DNA of 64,000 nucleotides. It comes from Dipteris shenzhenensis. Its lineage: Eukaryota. The position numbers and the translations under genes were made by a program. Shown piece by piece: positions 47,423-61,899 of the stretch; position 1 is the first letter of the stretch, and each line of letters begins with the position of its first letter. The stretch lies in the NCBI GenBank assembly GCA_047967505.1, contig CM106538.1. One strand, written 5' to 3'. The notes beneath the pieces were generated by a model. It searched no databases and was not told where the DNA came from. It saw only the letters and a list, made by a program, of their open reading frames with translations.

Positions 47423-47784
47423 CAGTGATGCAAGTGAAATTACCGTCAACGAAAATTTCAATCTATCGACAGAAATCTCAGTTCATCGACAGAAACTTTT
47501 TTTCCGTCAATGGAATTTGGGATTCCAAGTGGATTCTAGAATCTCGATTTTGATGACCGAAATTTTCTAACGGACGGAAATGTTTCCGCCAATTAAATTT
47601 TCAACGATTCTTTTTTCATCGGCAAGAGATTTTGGCGATGAAAGTTTCATTGGATGAGAGTGCAGTTTCACACATTTTGAAACGCTTCTTTTCCCCCCTT
47701 TTTTGGACGGAAGTTTTACTCCGTCGATGGAAATATCAATCCCTCACACAATTTGGGATTCCATAATCCAAGTTCACATCACAA
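47423..47784. mobile_element. Possible hAT-like MITE remnant with subterminal (TTC)CGTCGA(CGGAAA)-like repeats
   Basis: CAGTGATG ... CATCAC ends and repeated CCGTCAA/TCGACAGAAA motifs. No TSD seen. Confidence 0.35.
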
Positions 47785-48575
47785 CGGCTTGGATTAAAAT
47801 AAAGTGCGTTGATAAACTAAAAATCGTGACTATTTAGATCGAAAATATACTATTTGATCCAAATAATGTAAGATGATAAAATATTTAATCCTAAAAACAT
47901 CTTAACATTCAACAAACCTCTTCTATGGCCATAATCTCCATATAACTACCTATGTTAATATTGACATATTCTTAAATTCAAGCATTCGATTAACACTATA
48001 TAAAAAGAAAAAAAAATTAATGACAATGCATTCCTATAGGTTTATGGATAGCACATTACATACAACATGGAGTTTGGAAACATATATTGGTACAAAGCTT
48101 ATACTTGAGGGCAATGTTGTTACTTGTATGGAAATAATTTGTACTAAACTCTTTTTAACAAAAGTACTCAATGGAAAGTTGATTCAAATATGCTTTAAAA
48201 AAATAAAATAAAAAGAAAAGTGGAATTCATCAATGTGTAGAAATGTTTAAGTTGCAAGCTATAGAAATTCTTGTTATGGTTTTGACTTAAAATTTTTTGG
48301 ACAATCAAGCACAAAAAAATAATTAATATTTTAAAGAAAAAGGTCCAAGGACTTTCCCAGTTGAATAGAATAGTTACTTCTCCTTTGTATTTGTTTGAAA
48401 GAAATAGTAAAAAGGAAACCATTAAATAAGTAAGAAATTGTGTAAATACATAGCCAAATATCTTAAGGGTGAAAACTACCATGAAAATTTTAACAAAAAA
48501 TTGTGTGTGTGTGTGTGTGTGTGTGTGTCTGTGAGAGAGAGAGAGAGACCAAGCATGTATTTGTAATTATATGTA

Positions 48576-48626
<51 letters not shown>

Positions 48627-48680
48627 ATGTACATGTACATATATATGTATATATGTATACATACATGCATGCATGCATAT

Positions 48681-48713
<33 letters not shown>

Positions 48714-48729
48714 ACAACACTTCAAGAAT

Positions 48730-50288
48730 TGCCATTTATAATAGATCTGTCCCCTTTATCTCTTCTATCTAACTTATAGACACCCAGCACCATCACTCAG
48801 TTTTGTGAATATAAACATCAATATATATGGAGAACAAAAAGGGATGTTGAAGGAGTCTTCTTGTGTAATACTAAATGGAGGAACATGGACATCAAGAACA
48901 CAGGGGGGCCTCCACCGGGGGCATCCTTGACATAGAGATCCATGGGGGACTTCCAAGCAAAAGAGATCATAAGGTCCCAGGTGGTCTGCTTCAGACTTGC
49001 ACCTGTTCCCCTTCTTAACAGTCTCTCATTTTTAAGCAGGTGTCCGCCGTCAACACCTAAGACTAGCGTTATCATCAGTATGTTATAACTGGCAGGATTA
49101 TACATCCATTTGTGTTCTTCTCTACATTCACATAAATGTTTGGACCTTTAAAACATAATGCATGAGCAGTCACACCTCTCAAATATCTGAGAATCCACTT
49201 TACAGCCATATAATGTTCTTTACCTAGATTATTCCTAAATTTGCTCACAACTCCTACTGCATGTTGGACTCTACCTACATTCCTTCTTCGTACATTTTTG
49301 GTTCACCAGAATCAGTTGACAAAACATAACTGAAAGGAGGAAAAAAATTACTCAAGTGCATTCTCATTTTGTGTAACCTTTGGAAGTTCATCTCCTGTAA
49401 TTTCATCGAGCTGTGTATTCTGTGTTTGCATTTTCTTTCTTCCTTTTCTACAAGTGAGCTTCATACATAACAGTCTCATTGAATACAACATCTCTGCTCC
49501 TAATGATTTGTTACTTTATCATCCCATAGACAATAACCAAACTCACTACCTCCATATCCAAAAAAGATGCACTTCTTGGATTTTGCCTCAAGCTTTGTTC
49601 TTAATTCTTTATCAACATGGACAAATGAATGCTTCACAACCAAAAACCTTCAAAAAAGAATACTTAACGTTTTTACCTATCCATGCCTCTTCTAGAATGC
49701 CACCATTTAAGGAACTTGAAGGCGATCTATTTTTATCAAGTGAACAACTATATTCACTGCTTCAACCCAAAGCTGTAAGGGTAGCCCTGCATGTAGTCTC
49801 ATTCTCCTTGCACGCTCCATGATTGTTCCCTTCATCCTCTCTTACACGGGATTTTCTTGTGGTATTTTTGGAGTTGTCTTTTCATTACGAATTCCATTGT
49901 ATGAATAGTAACTATCAAACTCTTTGCTACAGTATTCACCTCCACTATCAGATCTAAGAACCTTCAACTTCTTTCCTACCTCATTCTCAGCCAAAAATTT
50001 CCATTTCTTAAAGGTTTCAAAGATATCATATTTTCTTTGAATGCAATAAACCCAAGTTTTTCTAGAACTATATCATCAATAAAAAGTAACATAATGGTGA
50101 GAACCACCAAGAGATGATACATCAGTAGGATCCCATACATCTATATGCATAAGCTCTAACTTTTCTCTCTTCTTTTCTTTCCCAACTCTAAGAAATCTGA
50201 CTCTCTTTTGTTTTCCATAAACACAATTCTCACAAAAATCCAAATGAACTTGCTTCAAACCTGGCAATAGCTTTCTTGAGTAAAGAAT
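48730..50288 (-). mobile_element. Copia integrase region, decayed; 3' part of an element whose 5' part is at 58549-59560
   Basis: LLPGLKQVHLDFCENCVYGKQKRVRF...LELMHIDVWDP...LGGSHHYVTF; VLRSDSGGEY; KVFGCEAFI. Confidence 0.88.
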
Positions 50289-51719
50289 GATTGGAGAAGC
50301 CTACTTGTTGAGAATGGTGAAGTTTATGCAAAGGCTAGGTGAGAGAAGTAGAGGTTGAAGGTCCAGCCAATTGCAACTCACAAGAAAAGCTTATATTTCT
50401 TGATAAAACTCTAGCTTTAAATATAAGCGCTAGAGTTACTTGAAGAAAGATGACCAAAAGCTTGCTTGTTGAGGAAGATGAAAATGACTAGCACGAGCAT
50501 AGCGATGGGGTTAATAAATCGCACCTCACAGCTAACAAAGAAAAGCAGAATATTTCAAAACATGGATTAGAAAAGTTGGGTTTCCAAAAAGCAATCCTTT
50601 GCGAGGTGGTGTGTTGCCATAAGCCTAACTTTCTCCATATCATGTTCACCATGATGAAATGTAAACCAACCCAACAAAATTACAAATGCACCCAAAAAGG
50701 TTACTAATAAAAAAGAACCTCCATAACTAAGCAATTTTTCATGCGATGTGCATAATTTAAAGCATTGTACAATGTTCAAGAAGTGATTTGTGGCTAAATT
50801 AAACAGACCAACAAGTCTAGAGGGTTTACCCACCTATTTCTCTAAATAATATTCTCAATTCAAAGAAAATAATTAGTTCTTATAAACATGTTTCGGAGCA
50901 TACTTTCTCATGAGGCTTTTGCTTGGGATGTTGGGAGATCCACATTAGAATATTTTCTATGCAAACTAGCTTTCATCATCATGAACATGTATTCTTTGAA
51001 CAACCATTCGTACTTAAAAATTTGAGGGAACTTAAAAAATGAATCAAATAGGTACTTACCCTCTTCAATTGCTTGACTAGGTATGTCTTTTCTATACTCT
51101 CTTGTCGAGGGTAAAGTATTCTATGGTAGACTCCTACCCTAGTGCTATCACTAGTAGTACTATGCTCAATGATATACAAGGCACATGAGAAAAACTTCCC
51201 AAGTGTGCTAATGTCAACTAAAACGTTCCTCTTTAAGTCTCCAATTCAAAAGACACTATTCTTTAGTTTCGCACTCAAAACTACTCTAAAGAGCCCTCTG
51301 GGCTCTTAAATTGATAGAGTCATGACTATCTCAATCTAACACATTAAGTGTCATCTTAGGTCTCTTTAATTCATAGACGCATGAGTACCATGGTCTAACA
51401 TTCTTTAGCATCAACTCTAGATATGAAACTCACAACAATGATTTCTCCAATTTCAGTGTCTTTGCTCTTTATTTGAGCGAAGGACCTAGATGGACACTCC
51501 TTGTCATCTCACACTAACTGAAGTTTGTGGAAGAGAAGATGTAAAGCTATGAAGGTTTCCAAGTCTCCAACAAGAAGGAAATGATTGCAAGGAAGAACAC
51601 AAGCATTTTTAATGCTTAGACAAATTTTGCAACCAAGCTTCATTCTCAAATGAGAATGAACATGAGAAAAATAAAGCTACTCCAAGAAGAAATATGAGAG
51701 AGAGAGAGAGAGAGAGAGA

Positions 51720-51758
<39 letters not shown>

Positions 51759-52024
51759 TATGTGTGTGTGTGTGATTGTGCATGCATGCGTGACCCCCCT
51801 CCAGTAGCCTTTTGATGAGTGGACCCCCCTCGAGTAGCCTTTTGATGAGTGGAGTTTCTCAACATATTTGCATGCTCTAGAAAATGAAATTCACCCCATC
51901 TTTGGAAACTCAATCCATCTGTGATTAGCCTTGAGATCCTTTCTTCCTATTGATGATCCCTCTCCTATTTTTGGATAGAATAGCCAAAACTTCAAGAAGA
52001 TTCCATTTAGGGCCTTGGACAATG

Positions 52025-52077
<53 letters not shown>

Positions 52078-52079
52078 AC

Positions 52080-54207
52080 GCGTTCCTTTCCTCCATTGGT
52101 TTGGTCACTTGCTCATTAGTTCCCCCCCTCCCAAACCCCTCTTTCAATTTCTCTCCCTAGTATTTCCCTTTTTCACCCACTCTCCACTCATTTCCCTCGC
52201 ATTTCCCTTCTTAAATTTTCCCCCTCCCCCCTTCTCCCCCCTTTTTCCCTAATTTTTTCCATATTTTTCCTACCATTTTTTCCAATTTTCTTCCTAAAAT
52301 TTCTCTTAATTTTTATATTTTTTGGCCTATTTTCCTAATTATTTCATATTTCTACCTAATTTTCCCTAATTTCTTCTAGACTCTTCCTAATTATTTTCCT
52401 ATTTATTTCCTAATATATATATATATTCCTAATTATTTCCTATGTATCCTAGACTTTTTTAAAATTGCAAACTTTCCTAGATACTCCTAATTTTCCCTTT
52501 TCCCTCATTTTGTTCTCTATTCCTAAATTTTTCTTATTTCTTTTCTTAAAATTTTTTTTTTCGAAACCTTTGTACAACAATTTAATCTACTAAAACCCAA
52601 CCCCCTTTCCTCCTTGTCTCTCCTAACTCCCTACATCCCTCTATTCTCTTTAAACTTGTCCTAATTTTTAGTTCCCTAACCTCATCAAGCTCAAGTAAAC
52701 TAATTTCCCCTAGATTGGTTACTCCTAATTTTCCCCATGGGCTTTTTACTGCAACAGGTGGCTTTAGGATTGGTACTCCCACCTTCTTAACTAACCAAAA
52801 CCCCCCCGCCATTTTTCTTGGGCTTCTAAACCGAAAAAAAATGCAACTGAGTCCCTAGCTGCCCGACTCCTCCCCAACTAACTCCCCTTCCCCTATATAT
52901 ATAGCCTACCTCACTTGCTCTAATTTACCACACAGTCTACCTCCCTCGCGGTGCTCCTGCACTCTAGTCTGTGCGCTGTACCGTCGACGCTCGCCCCGCT
53001 ACAATTTTTTTAAGGGATAGCTGCTCCCACCCGATTGTGCTCTATAGTCTCCTTGACTTTGACTCTCCAAGCCTCCTTATAAATCCTCGACTACGCTGCT
53101 CGGTCCTCCCCTCAGTGATCATTGTGGCTCCTTAGCTCAGACCTCCCTACCACTGGGCTATCTACCCTTACTCTCGAGATCTGGTGCATTGACCATTCAG
53201 TGCTTTAGTCCATGATTATCGATGTTTGTGCTACTTAACTACTTGCTTGAGTCGCCTCTACACCCACATCCTTTAAATCCTTCTCGCACACCCTACTGAT
53301 TGGGTATTGCTCTGCACAGCAGACATGGACTCCTATAAAAGGCTAATTTTATTCATATTTTTAAGGTTTCGTTTCCCTTTTAATCCTTTCCCCCCTCTCT
53401 AACAACCTTATAACACCCCTTCTACTCATTCTAATCCCCCCCAACCCTGCTTTTAATCTTCTCCCTATCCCTAATATTTTTCTAATTTAATTTCTCTCCT
53501 TAAACCCCCCCTTTTTTATGACTCTTTAATTTGTATTTAATCCCTTTAATCTTTCTTTACTTATTATCTCCCCTTATATTTTTTATATATCTTTTTCTTT
53601 CTTCTCATCTCTCCTTTATCTCCTTATCCCCCTTTACCCCTTTTCCTTTTTATCTCTTCTTGAAACCTTTGTTAAATCTCTCCTTGTAAAACTTTCTTTT
53701 TTTTCCTTAAAACTTCATAATCCTCTCTTTAAATGCATCTCTCCTTACCCCCCTTTAACTATCTTTAATTTAATATTTTTGTATTAAAATTATTTACATA
53801 ATTTTCTTAATTCCTCCTTTTTCAAAAAACTTTTTACACCACTTTCCAAAAAAATATTTTCACTTCTCCTTAAAGCTTTCATTCCCCCTTTTTTCCCCAT
53901 TCATTACGTTTCTCCCCATTTTTAATATATTCCCTTCTTTAATTTGTCTCTCCTTAAACCAACCCCCCTCTTTTAAATTCCCTCAATCCTTAATCACAAC
54001 CCTTTTTATCTTTATGTAATTATTATCTCTCCTATTAAATCTTGGTGTAATTAAGTGCTCACATCGGTTTCCATTTGCTTTATTCCTCATTACTATCCTC
54101 ATGGTTACTTCAAATAAACTCATAATTTCTAACTAAGCTTGATTAGTTTGTGGTTAAGAGTTTACTTTTATTGTGACCCCGATAACAAGGGCGGGGTGTT
54201 TATGACA
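52080..54207. repeat. Pyrimidine-rich low-complexity region, possibly part of a long gypsy-type LTR
   Basis: Strong C/T skew, TATA-like run at ~52893, ends GGGCGGGGTGTTTATGACA like some gypsy LTR 3' ends. No TSD found. Confidence 0.4.
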
Positions 54208-54470
54208 CATGTCTTCCCAACTAAGGTCTAAGTTGGTTCTTACCATGTTTTTCTTGTTGGATGGTGGCAGATAAGCAGACTCTTCTCTTCAATAAAAGTG
54301 ATGCTTGCTAGGACTTATCTATACAGTTTCCACAAAAACATGTCTACAAAAGGGCCCACTACTAGTCTCCTTTACAAATAGGGATTCACCGACTTGTATA
54401 AACTTTTTCGTTAATTTGTCCTATTTCATTGTCTAGCTTTGCTCTTTTGTCTTTTCACTATGCAAAGGGG

Positions 54471-57400
54471 TGTTGTAAAATCTTCCACACACACACACAC
54501 GCACGTGCGCTTGCACATACGCATGTGTGTGCATGTGTTCATGCACATGCACACACACACACACACATGCACGTATGCATGTGTGTGCATGCATGCATGT
54601 AGGTGCACCACACACACACACACACACACAGGCATAGGTTTAACACAAAATATTTTGCCATTGTCATTCATATGTTGACAAAACTTCATGGGGGGCCTTT
54701 GAAGACTTTTCGAATACATGGCTGGTGCTTTGGATGATCCAATGTTCATGATTGGGTTAGTATATGGCACTCAATGGCCAATGATTATTGCTAGTTTATG
54801 AAGCTATGATTGAGTGATAGGTTGAATGAGGCAACTAATCTCTTGCATGGTTAGCATGTGACAAACAACACTAACATGGCTAAAATACTATTTGCAAAGG
54901 TTCCTATTTGAATGGAGAGAAGACAGTTTAGAATATCTTTTATCATAGGCCTTGCCTATGTGTTTTTAGTTCTATGCTTATGAGAGTCACCACTCTCTCT
55001 CGTTTCTTACTAACTATAGTGAAAGCCATGCTTACAAGTTGATAGGGACAATAATATTGTTGTTTGAGTCATATGTCGATTGTAGTAGCAACAAGCCTAG
55101 TAAGGTTGAGCTATGAGTCAATTGAGAGTCTTGTTACAGTTCAAAATAATACAAATAGATTTTTAAAAATCTATTGTAGTTTGAATTATCTCTATTTTTG
55201 ATTTCTTGTGTTATTTTATGTAAAGAGCCTTGGGTTGCAAGACATGTTGTATTTGTCTATTTCTAGTGGTGGTGTTGCATTTGTTCATTTGAAGTGCTAG
55301 AAAGAGTAACACAAATTGCATGCATCAAATTACAACAATGGTATCGACACCACTTTCTCTAAGGACTAATGAGAGTCTTTCATGAGGTTTGATCATGAGT
55401 TTCTAAGTGATTCTCTCTAAAATTCCATGAATGTTTGGTTAAATATTTTGGTGAAAAGTTTACACAAAATCACATCGAACTTATGAAATGGACAATGGGG
55501 AAAAGCCATAGAAATTAATGGAACATGCAATGTTGAGGTCCATTGTCAAAATCTTTGCTTCATGGCAATTGGCAACTCGATTGTGCTTTATGAAAAAGTG
55601 TTTGTGGGGAATGGCTTCTAGTACTAAGAAAAATATAAAGAACAACAAGCTGTGAATACATTGACTATGTGGAAGAAAAAGAGTGAGAGGGTAGTTGGCA
55701 AGTTGGGATGGGCACTTTGATTAGATTTCCTCCATCATGTGGACAAGCGGAGAATGGAAGCTTAGAGGTAAGTGATCATTGAATCTCTTTTTGGTACAAA
55801 AATTAAAAATTCTAAAGCAATTATTCCATTTTCAAATGGTTGAGGTAGAGAGTTTATGAACTTGTCTATTTCGAATACACTTTTGAAGAAATTGGTTGCA
55901 CTAGGACCTAAGATAGAAGAAGATGATGTGAAGGCAATTCTACTTTGGATTATATTTCCCAAGTATTCAAAGTTAGCTCTAACACTTTGAATAAGTTTTG
56001 AAAGCATGAATTTCAAGATCTTGTTGCACTACTTTTCAGCGAGGAAAGGAGGTCAAACTCACTTTCACCTAGATGGGTAACCAACATACACAGTAGAGGA
56101 GAAACTCCCTAGTTTCTTAGATATAGTGCAAGCCATGCTTGTTGCAAGTCAATAGGGTTGGTAGTACTATTGTTTGGGTCATATGTTAGTTGTAGTAGCA
56201 ACAAACCTAATAGGGATGAGCTGTGAGTTAGTTAAGAGTTTTTGTTGATATTTGGAATTAATACAAGCTCTTTGTGTCTATTGCAATGTTGATTGTTTTT
56301 TGTTCTATATTTCAATGATAATTTATGTAAGGAGCCTCAAGTTGCAAGACATATTGTATTTGTTGATTTCCAGTAATGTTACTGTACCTATTCATTCTAG
56401 AGTGTGAGAAAGAGTCACACAAACTACATGTGTCAATTAGAACATCATAGATCATAGAGATCCATCAATCTTAAGGCACAAATGGTTAAACACAATCTTA
56501 AAATCAATGAAGCATTACTTTGTATTATTTGTAATAAAAATATTTATACATGTATACATGTAACAATGCCTTATTAACAAGTAATATTTATATTTATACA
56601 TGCAACAATGCCTTATTAACAAGTGCATTGTTGAAGCACTAAGAATCTAAAGAACTCGAATTATAAAACTTCAATACAAAATCATGAACCCCTACTATCA
56701 TGTCTCTACTATCTCTAGACAACAACTATCAGTAATAATAGTTCTTCTAGCTTTGGCCCTAGTGTAAATTTTGTCTTGTCTTGGTTTCTTATTTTATAGT
56801 TGCAAGCATATTGGTAGCTAGTCTTATTTTGAGTTTTCTAGTTCAATCTTTGAGTTATACTATTATTTAACCCCCAACCTCCCCATGTAGTCTTAGGGTG
56901 GGAATGTTGGTAAAACTTTACTAGGGAACCTTTGATGACCTTTAGGATATGTGGATGGCAGTTGAAGCAATGTTCTTGATTGGTTGATATCCATGAGATT
57001 TCATGGACAAGGACTAGTGGTGGTTGATGGACCTATGATTGGCGAATCTTACCGTAGGCATGGATGAGTCATCTAATATCTTGCATGGCTAGTAGTGGTG
57101 AATGAATATAGCATGGATAACCAACTACTTTGTAGAGGTTTCTATTTGAATGGAGGGGAGGCAGTTGAGAATGTCTTTTATCACATGCCTCACCTATGTG
57201 TTATCAACTTTATCCTTATGTGAGTCAAGTCTCTCTTAGTGCAAGCCATGCTTGCAAGTCAATAGGGTTTATAGAAGTGTTGTTTGGGTCATATGTCAGT
57301 TGTAGCAGCAACAAACCCAATAGGGGTGAGCTACGAGTTAGTTAAAAAATTTTGTTGACAATTTTAATCAATATGAACTCTTTGTGTCTATTGCAGTGTC

Positions 57401-57790
57401 AATTGTTTTTCATTCTAAACTTCATTGTTATTTTATGTAAAGAGCCTCAAGTTGCAAGACATATTTTATTTGTTGATTTCCAATAATGTTATTGTATCTA
57501 TTCATTCTAGAGTGCGAGAAAGAGTCACATGAAATGCAAGCATCAAGTTACAACATCGTAGACCATAGAGAGCCATCAATCTAGAGGCACAAATGATTAA
57601 ACACTATCTTACAACAATCAATGAAACATTGTTTTGTATGATTTGTAATAAATATATTTATACTCATACATCTAACATTGCCTCATTAACAAGTGTATTG
57701 TTGAAGCACTAAGAATCTAAAGAACTGGAACTATAAAACTTCAATACGAAATCATGAACCCCTACCATCATGTTTGTACTATCTCTAGAG
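54471..57790 (+). mobile_element. Old LTR element remnant: related LTRs 54471-55337 and 56905-57555, gag remnant, internal direct duplication (~56124-56719 / ~57237-57789)
   Basis: TGTTG..CAACA termini, PBS-like TGGTATCGA at 55339, PPT-like GGGTGGGAA before 56905, gag-like EDDVKAILL at ~55920. Confidence 0.65.
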
Positions 57791-58548
57791 TATGTGGGGA
57801 CAAAAATTGTCACAAGGTATGTTTGGTTTATTCCTATATCTACCTTTTATGATCAAGCCTAAAATAATAGCCCTTGGGGGGGGCTTTTTTGTAGCCATCT
57901 TTACTTCTTCTTTGATGAACCGCATTGTCCACTCCTCTTCTAATTCCTACACAACATTAGGATTTTCTTGCCAATAAATGAATACATTGACAATGAGGCT
58001 ATAACTCTTATCATGCAATATCATCCATATCTTCCCATTTAAGTTTTGCGATCATTACCTTCTATATGTAAAAGATATGTAGAGATTGTGCCTTCAACGA
58101 ATTACCAACTCAAAATAATATTTGTCAATACATACTATCCTACAACATTTTCATATTTTATACAAACAATAATTGCAAGGCTAAATCAACAAAATCTTAC
58201 ATCTAAAATGTTCAGTCGTTCGACATTGTATAACAGCATATTCAAAATTTTGGACTTCAGCAAAAAGTCCAATATCAAAATTGGAATAAATAAAAGTCCA
58301 TAAATTTTGAACATCATAGTACCATGGTTTGTTTCCTATCTTGGAAAACATATAATTCTTTAAAGAACCCAAACCAACTAAACCAAATAATCTATGACAC
58401 ACACTTGACATATAGAGTAATCATACTTGTATGAATATATTTTCATATCTTTCAAAACAAATAAAATGAAATGGCATGCGAGAATAATTAAGCCAAATAT
58501 TTTACACCTATTAAATAAGGTAATTTTGGTCATTGGACATATTGAAAG

Positions 58549-59560
58549 ATCATTCCCTTCTCACTCATGTGTCCAAGCCTATGATGCCAAAGAGCTATAT
58601 CTTCTGCTGTAGAAGCTAAAGCAATAGAGGAGTAAGCATTACTGATACATAAATACAATGTACCTACCTTGGATCCTTTTGCTATTACCATTGACCCTTT
58701 TGTGACCTTCCACAAATTTGTGGTTGTGCATCCTTCATCATCCAATTTTCCTGTTGAAATTAAGTTTCTTTTTAAATCAGGAGCATGCCCTACCTCCTTT
58801 AGCAACCACTGGTTTCCATTCTTTAATTTTATCAACACCTTGCCCTTTCTAACAACCTTCAATGTTTCATCATCACCTAAATGAACAACTCCAAAATCAC
58901 CTTGAGCATAGTCTTGAAAATATTTCCTATGATGTGTAGCATGAAATGAAGCCGCTGATCCACTACCCATGCATCAATGATAGTATCCAATGAAAGAATT
59001 AAGGAATCTTACAACAAACTACCTCCTTCATTCACTTCCTACATATTCTCTTGTTGTCCATATCCTTCCTTTTTCTTTCATGGCCAACAATATTTCTTCA
59101 AGTGTCCTATCTTCCCACAATGCCAGCACTCCAAGTTCCCTTTGGATTTGGATTTGCTTCTTCTTGACTTGTCACGATGTTCTGGGCTCTTTCCTCTCTC
59201 CATTTGTCTTCCCCTATTCTCAAGATTCAAAGCATTACCTGATGTTTCACCTATGCTTTTCCATTCCATTTCCTTGTTGCTAAGTAGAACACCAACAACA
59301 TCATCAAACTTTAAAGTGTTTGACCCAAAAAAGGAGTTACTCACAACCACGACCAAGCTCTCCCAATTTTCTAGCAATGAGCACAAAATCAAGAGAGCTC
59401 AAACCTCATCCTCAAATTTTACTCCTACATACCTTAGTTGGCTTATATTTGTATTGAAGTGATTCAAATGATCAGCTTATAAACCCACCTTCTGACATCT
59501 TCAGATTGAACAGATGCTTCATAAGAAATACCTTGTTAGAAGCTGCTGGTTTTTCATATA
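58549..59560 (-). mobile_element. Copia gag-protease-preintegrase fragment
   Basis: YEKPAASNKVFLMKHLFNLKM, ILCSLLENWESLVV, CWHCGKIGHLKKYC, GSAASFHAT, LWHHRLGHMSEKGM. Confidence 0.9.
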
Positions 59561-59569
59561 ATAGGGTAA

Positions 59570-61390
59570 CAAAGGGCAGAAACAAGAGGATATGTTTTCC
59601 ATTTAGGTGCCTTGATAGGACAGATATGGATTGCATTTCTCAGTAAAAGTTGAGCCCAATCTTCAAGGGGATTAAGGATAGCCTTGACAATCTAGAAGGC
59701 CATGTGAGCTTATGGGTAGCTTGTTCAATATCCACTATACCCAAACCTACCTCCCCTTTGGGTTTTGTCTAGAAAGATTACCTCACCTTTCACAATCTAG
59801 AAGGTCCTCCCCACAAAAAGGACCTACATAACTTGATAAAGCTTTCTAGCCCAACTTTTGAAGGCAACCAACAGGGTAAGTAAAAGATGGCCATAGGGTA
59901 AAGGAAATGATTAAGAACCAATTTCCTCCTAACTAGGTTGGCTTCGTATCCGCTCCATTTTTCAAGCTTTTTCTTGAATTTGCAAACAAACCAGTCCCAT
60001 CTTTGCTTCATTGAAATTTGGAATCCCTAGCAGACGAAATACTATGCCATGGGGTTTTCTTAAACAACCAAGGTCTCTTAAGTCTTCTTGTTCCTTACCA
60101 CTCATAGTTGCATATATCCTATTTTGGAGTGATTGACAAGGGATCTCGAGGCTTCATAGAAAACACCAAGGCATTTCAAAACTTTTTGAATATCCTATCT
60201 TATGACCTTTGGCGGGAAATTGGTGTTATCAGCGAGCTGCTGGGTAGATAAGTTGCTTGCCTGAGGGGAGTTCTAGCCTTGTCTGATGGATCTTTTGAGG
60301 GGTAAGAGTGACTCATCTCTCCATTAACACACACTTTGGCTGAAGCATTAATAAGGAGAAGTCTCACAAAAGACACAAAATTCGGGGGCAAGCCCATGTC
60401 CTAGAGGATCTGTATAAGAAAATCCCAATTTAGGCAGTCATATGCCTTGTCAAAATCAACTTTGAGAAAACAAATGTTCGGCTTTGAGTCCCTTGCATAC
60501 ACACCCTTCCCAAATATTGATGATTGCTTCTAAAAGGTGTCTTCCTTTAACAAACCCCTTCTTCTCCTCAAGGATCCAAGAGTTCATTCTATTTTCAATT
60601 TAAAGGGAGAGGGCCTTAGCAAAGATCCTATAACTATGGTTTAGCATGGTGAGAGGTCTCCAGGCTTTTGGTTCTTCCCTGGGACCATCTTTGGGGATAA
60701 GTTTGATAACTCGCCCATTTATGTGGGCAGGTAGGGAAGAGGAAGCTAGGCTTTCATTCCAAACCTACAACAGCCAAGGGCCTATAGTTTCCCAGAAGGC
60801 CTTATAGAATTCCATAGGCAAGCCATATTCACTTGGCATTTTCCCTTCTTCCATTACATCTGTTGCTTGCTTGAGCTCATTTAGAGTGAGGGGTTTCTCA
60901 AGGTATATACTTTCAATGTTCCTGGTAGTCTTTCTCCTGGCCTCTTTGCATAATTGTCTGGCTTGCCTAATAGTCTCATTTGACAGGATAGCGCCAGACA
61001 ACAGTTTCTAAATGGGTTGGTGGATGAACTGAATATTCTCTCACCCTTTTTCAATAGAGGTACTTCTTCTTGAGCTCTCTTTCTTTTGATTAGTTTGAAA
61101 GTTTCCTTGATTGGTTTGTCAATTTTACCTTCCCACCATTCTCTTAAATAAGTTTTTGACTCATTGAGCTTTAGTTGCTCTTGGAGTCTTAGATCTTGTA
61201 TGGCTATGAGCAACTCATCTTGTGCTATAAAGTCTCCTGACTTGGCTACCCTCTCTAAATCATTGATGGTCTCTTTGATTTTTTCCATTCTACGTGCTCT
61301 AATTTTGGCTCTGTCTCACCTCACCTGCATTAGTAGTTTCAGGGTTCTTTTCACTGATCAAAGACCAGCTGAGGTCTCCTGGCTAGATGC
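59570..61390 (-). mobile_element. L1-clade LINE ORF2 fragments (RT), decayed
   Basis: KPLTLNELKQA...GLPMEFYKAFW, WRPLTMLN..YRIFAKAL, LKVDFDKAYDCLNWDFL, KKLEKWSG...RKLVLNHFL, RSFLWGG. Confidence 0.88.
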
Positions 61391-61899
61391 AATTTTCATA
61401 TATATTTGATGCATGTATTGAAACACGTGTATAATTTATGCTAGTTTCACTTGAAAATAAAGTTTCATAAACAATGTATATAGAGAAAATGTAAATCATT
61501 GGAAGCCTTATGAGGAAAACAAGAGATGTCTACTTACTCATCAAACTCATTGGCCATTTCTTCTAGAGATAGATCCCCAAACACCACTCTACCAAGCACA
61601 GACTTAATGAGAGTCTCATCTTTTATTCCTTGCATACTCTTCCATGATGTGGCACAAATCTCCTCAGGTAAAGCCTGCATGGGTGTCTTGCTTGCTTACT
61701 TTAACCATGGCTTTTTTTTGCCCTTGAATTCCAAGTTCTCCCAGTTTATGAAAATTGCATTTATAAGATCCCATACTTATTAACCATTGCAAAATGCATT
61801 TTAGAAGATTCCATCCCATGCTCTAAAGCTGTCACTTGGCCTTGATGGATCTTTTATGGATGCAAAAATCCTAGTCTCCTTTAACAAAGACAACCAAAA

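Noticed and set aside
48476-48735. HT/CV/SL-repeat ORFs (also at 6520-7621, 51677-52252, 54426-54770)
   Set aside because: Translations of (CA)n/(GA)n microsatellites.
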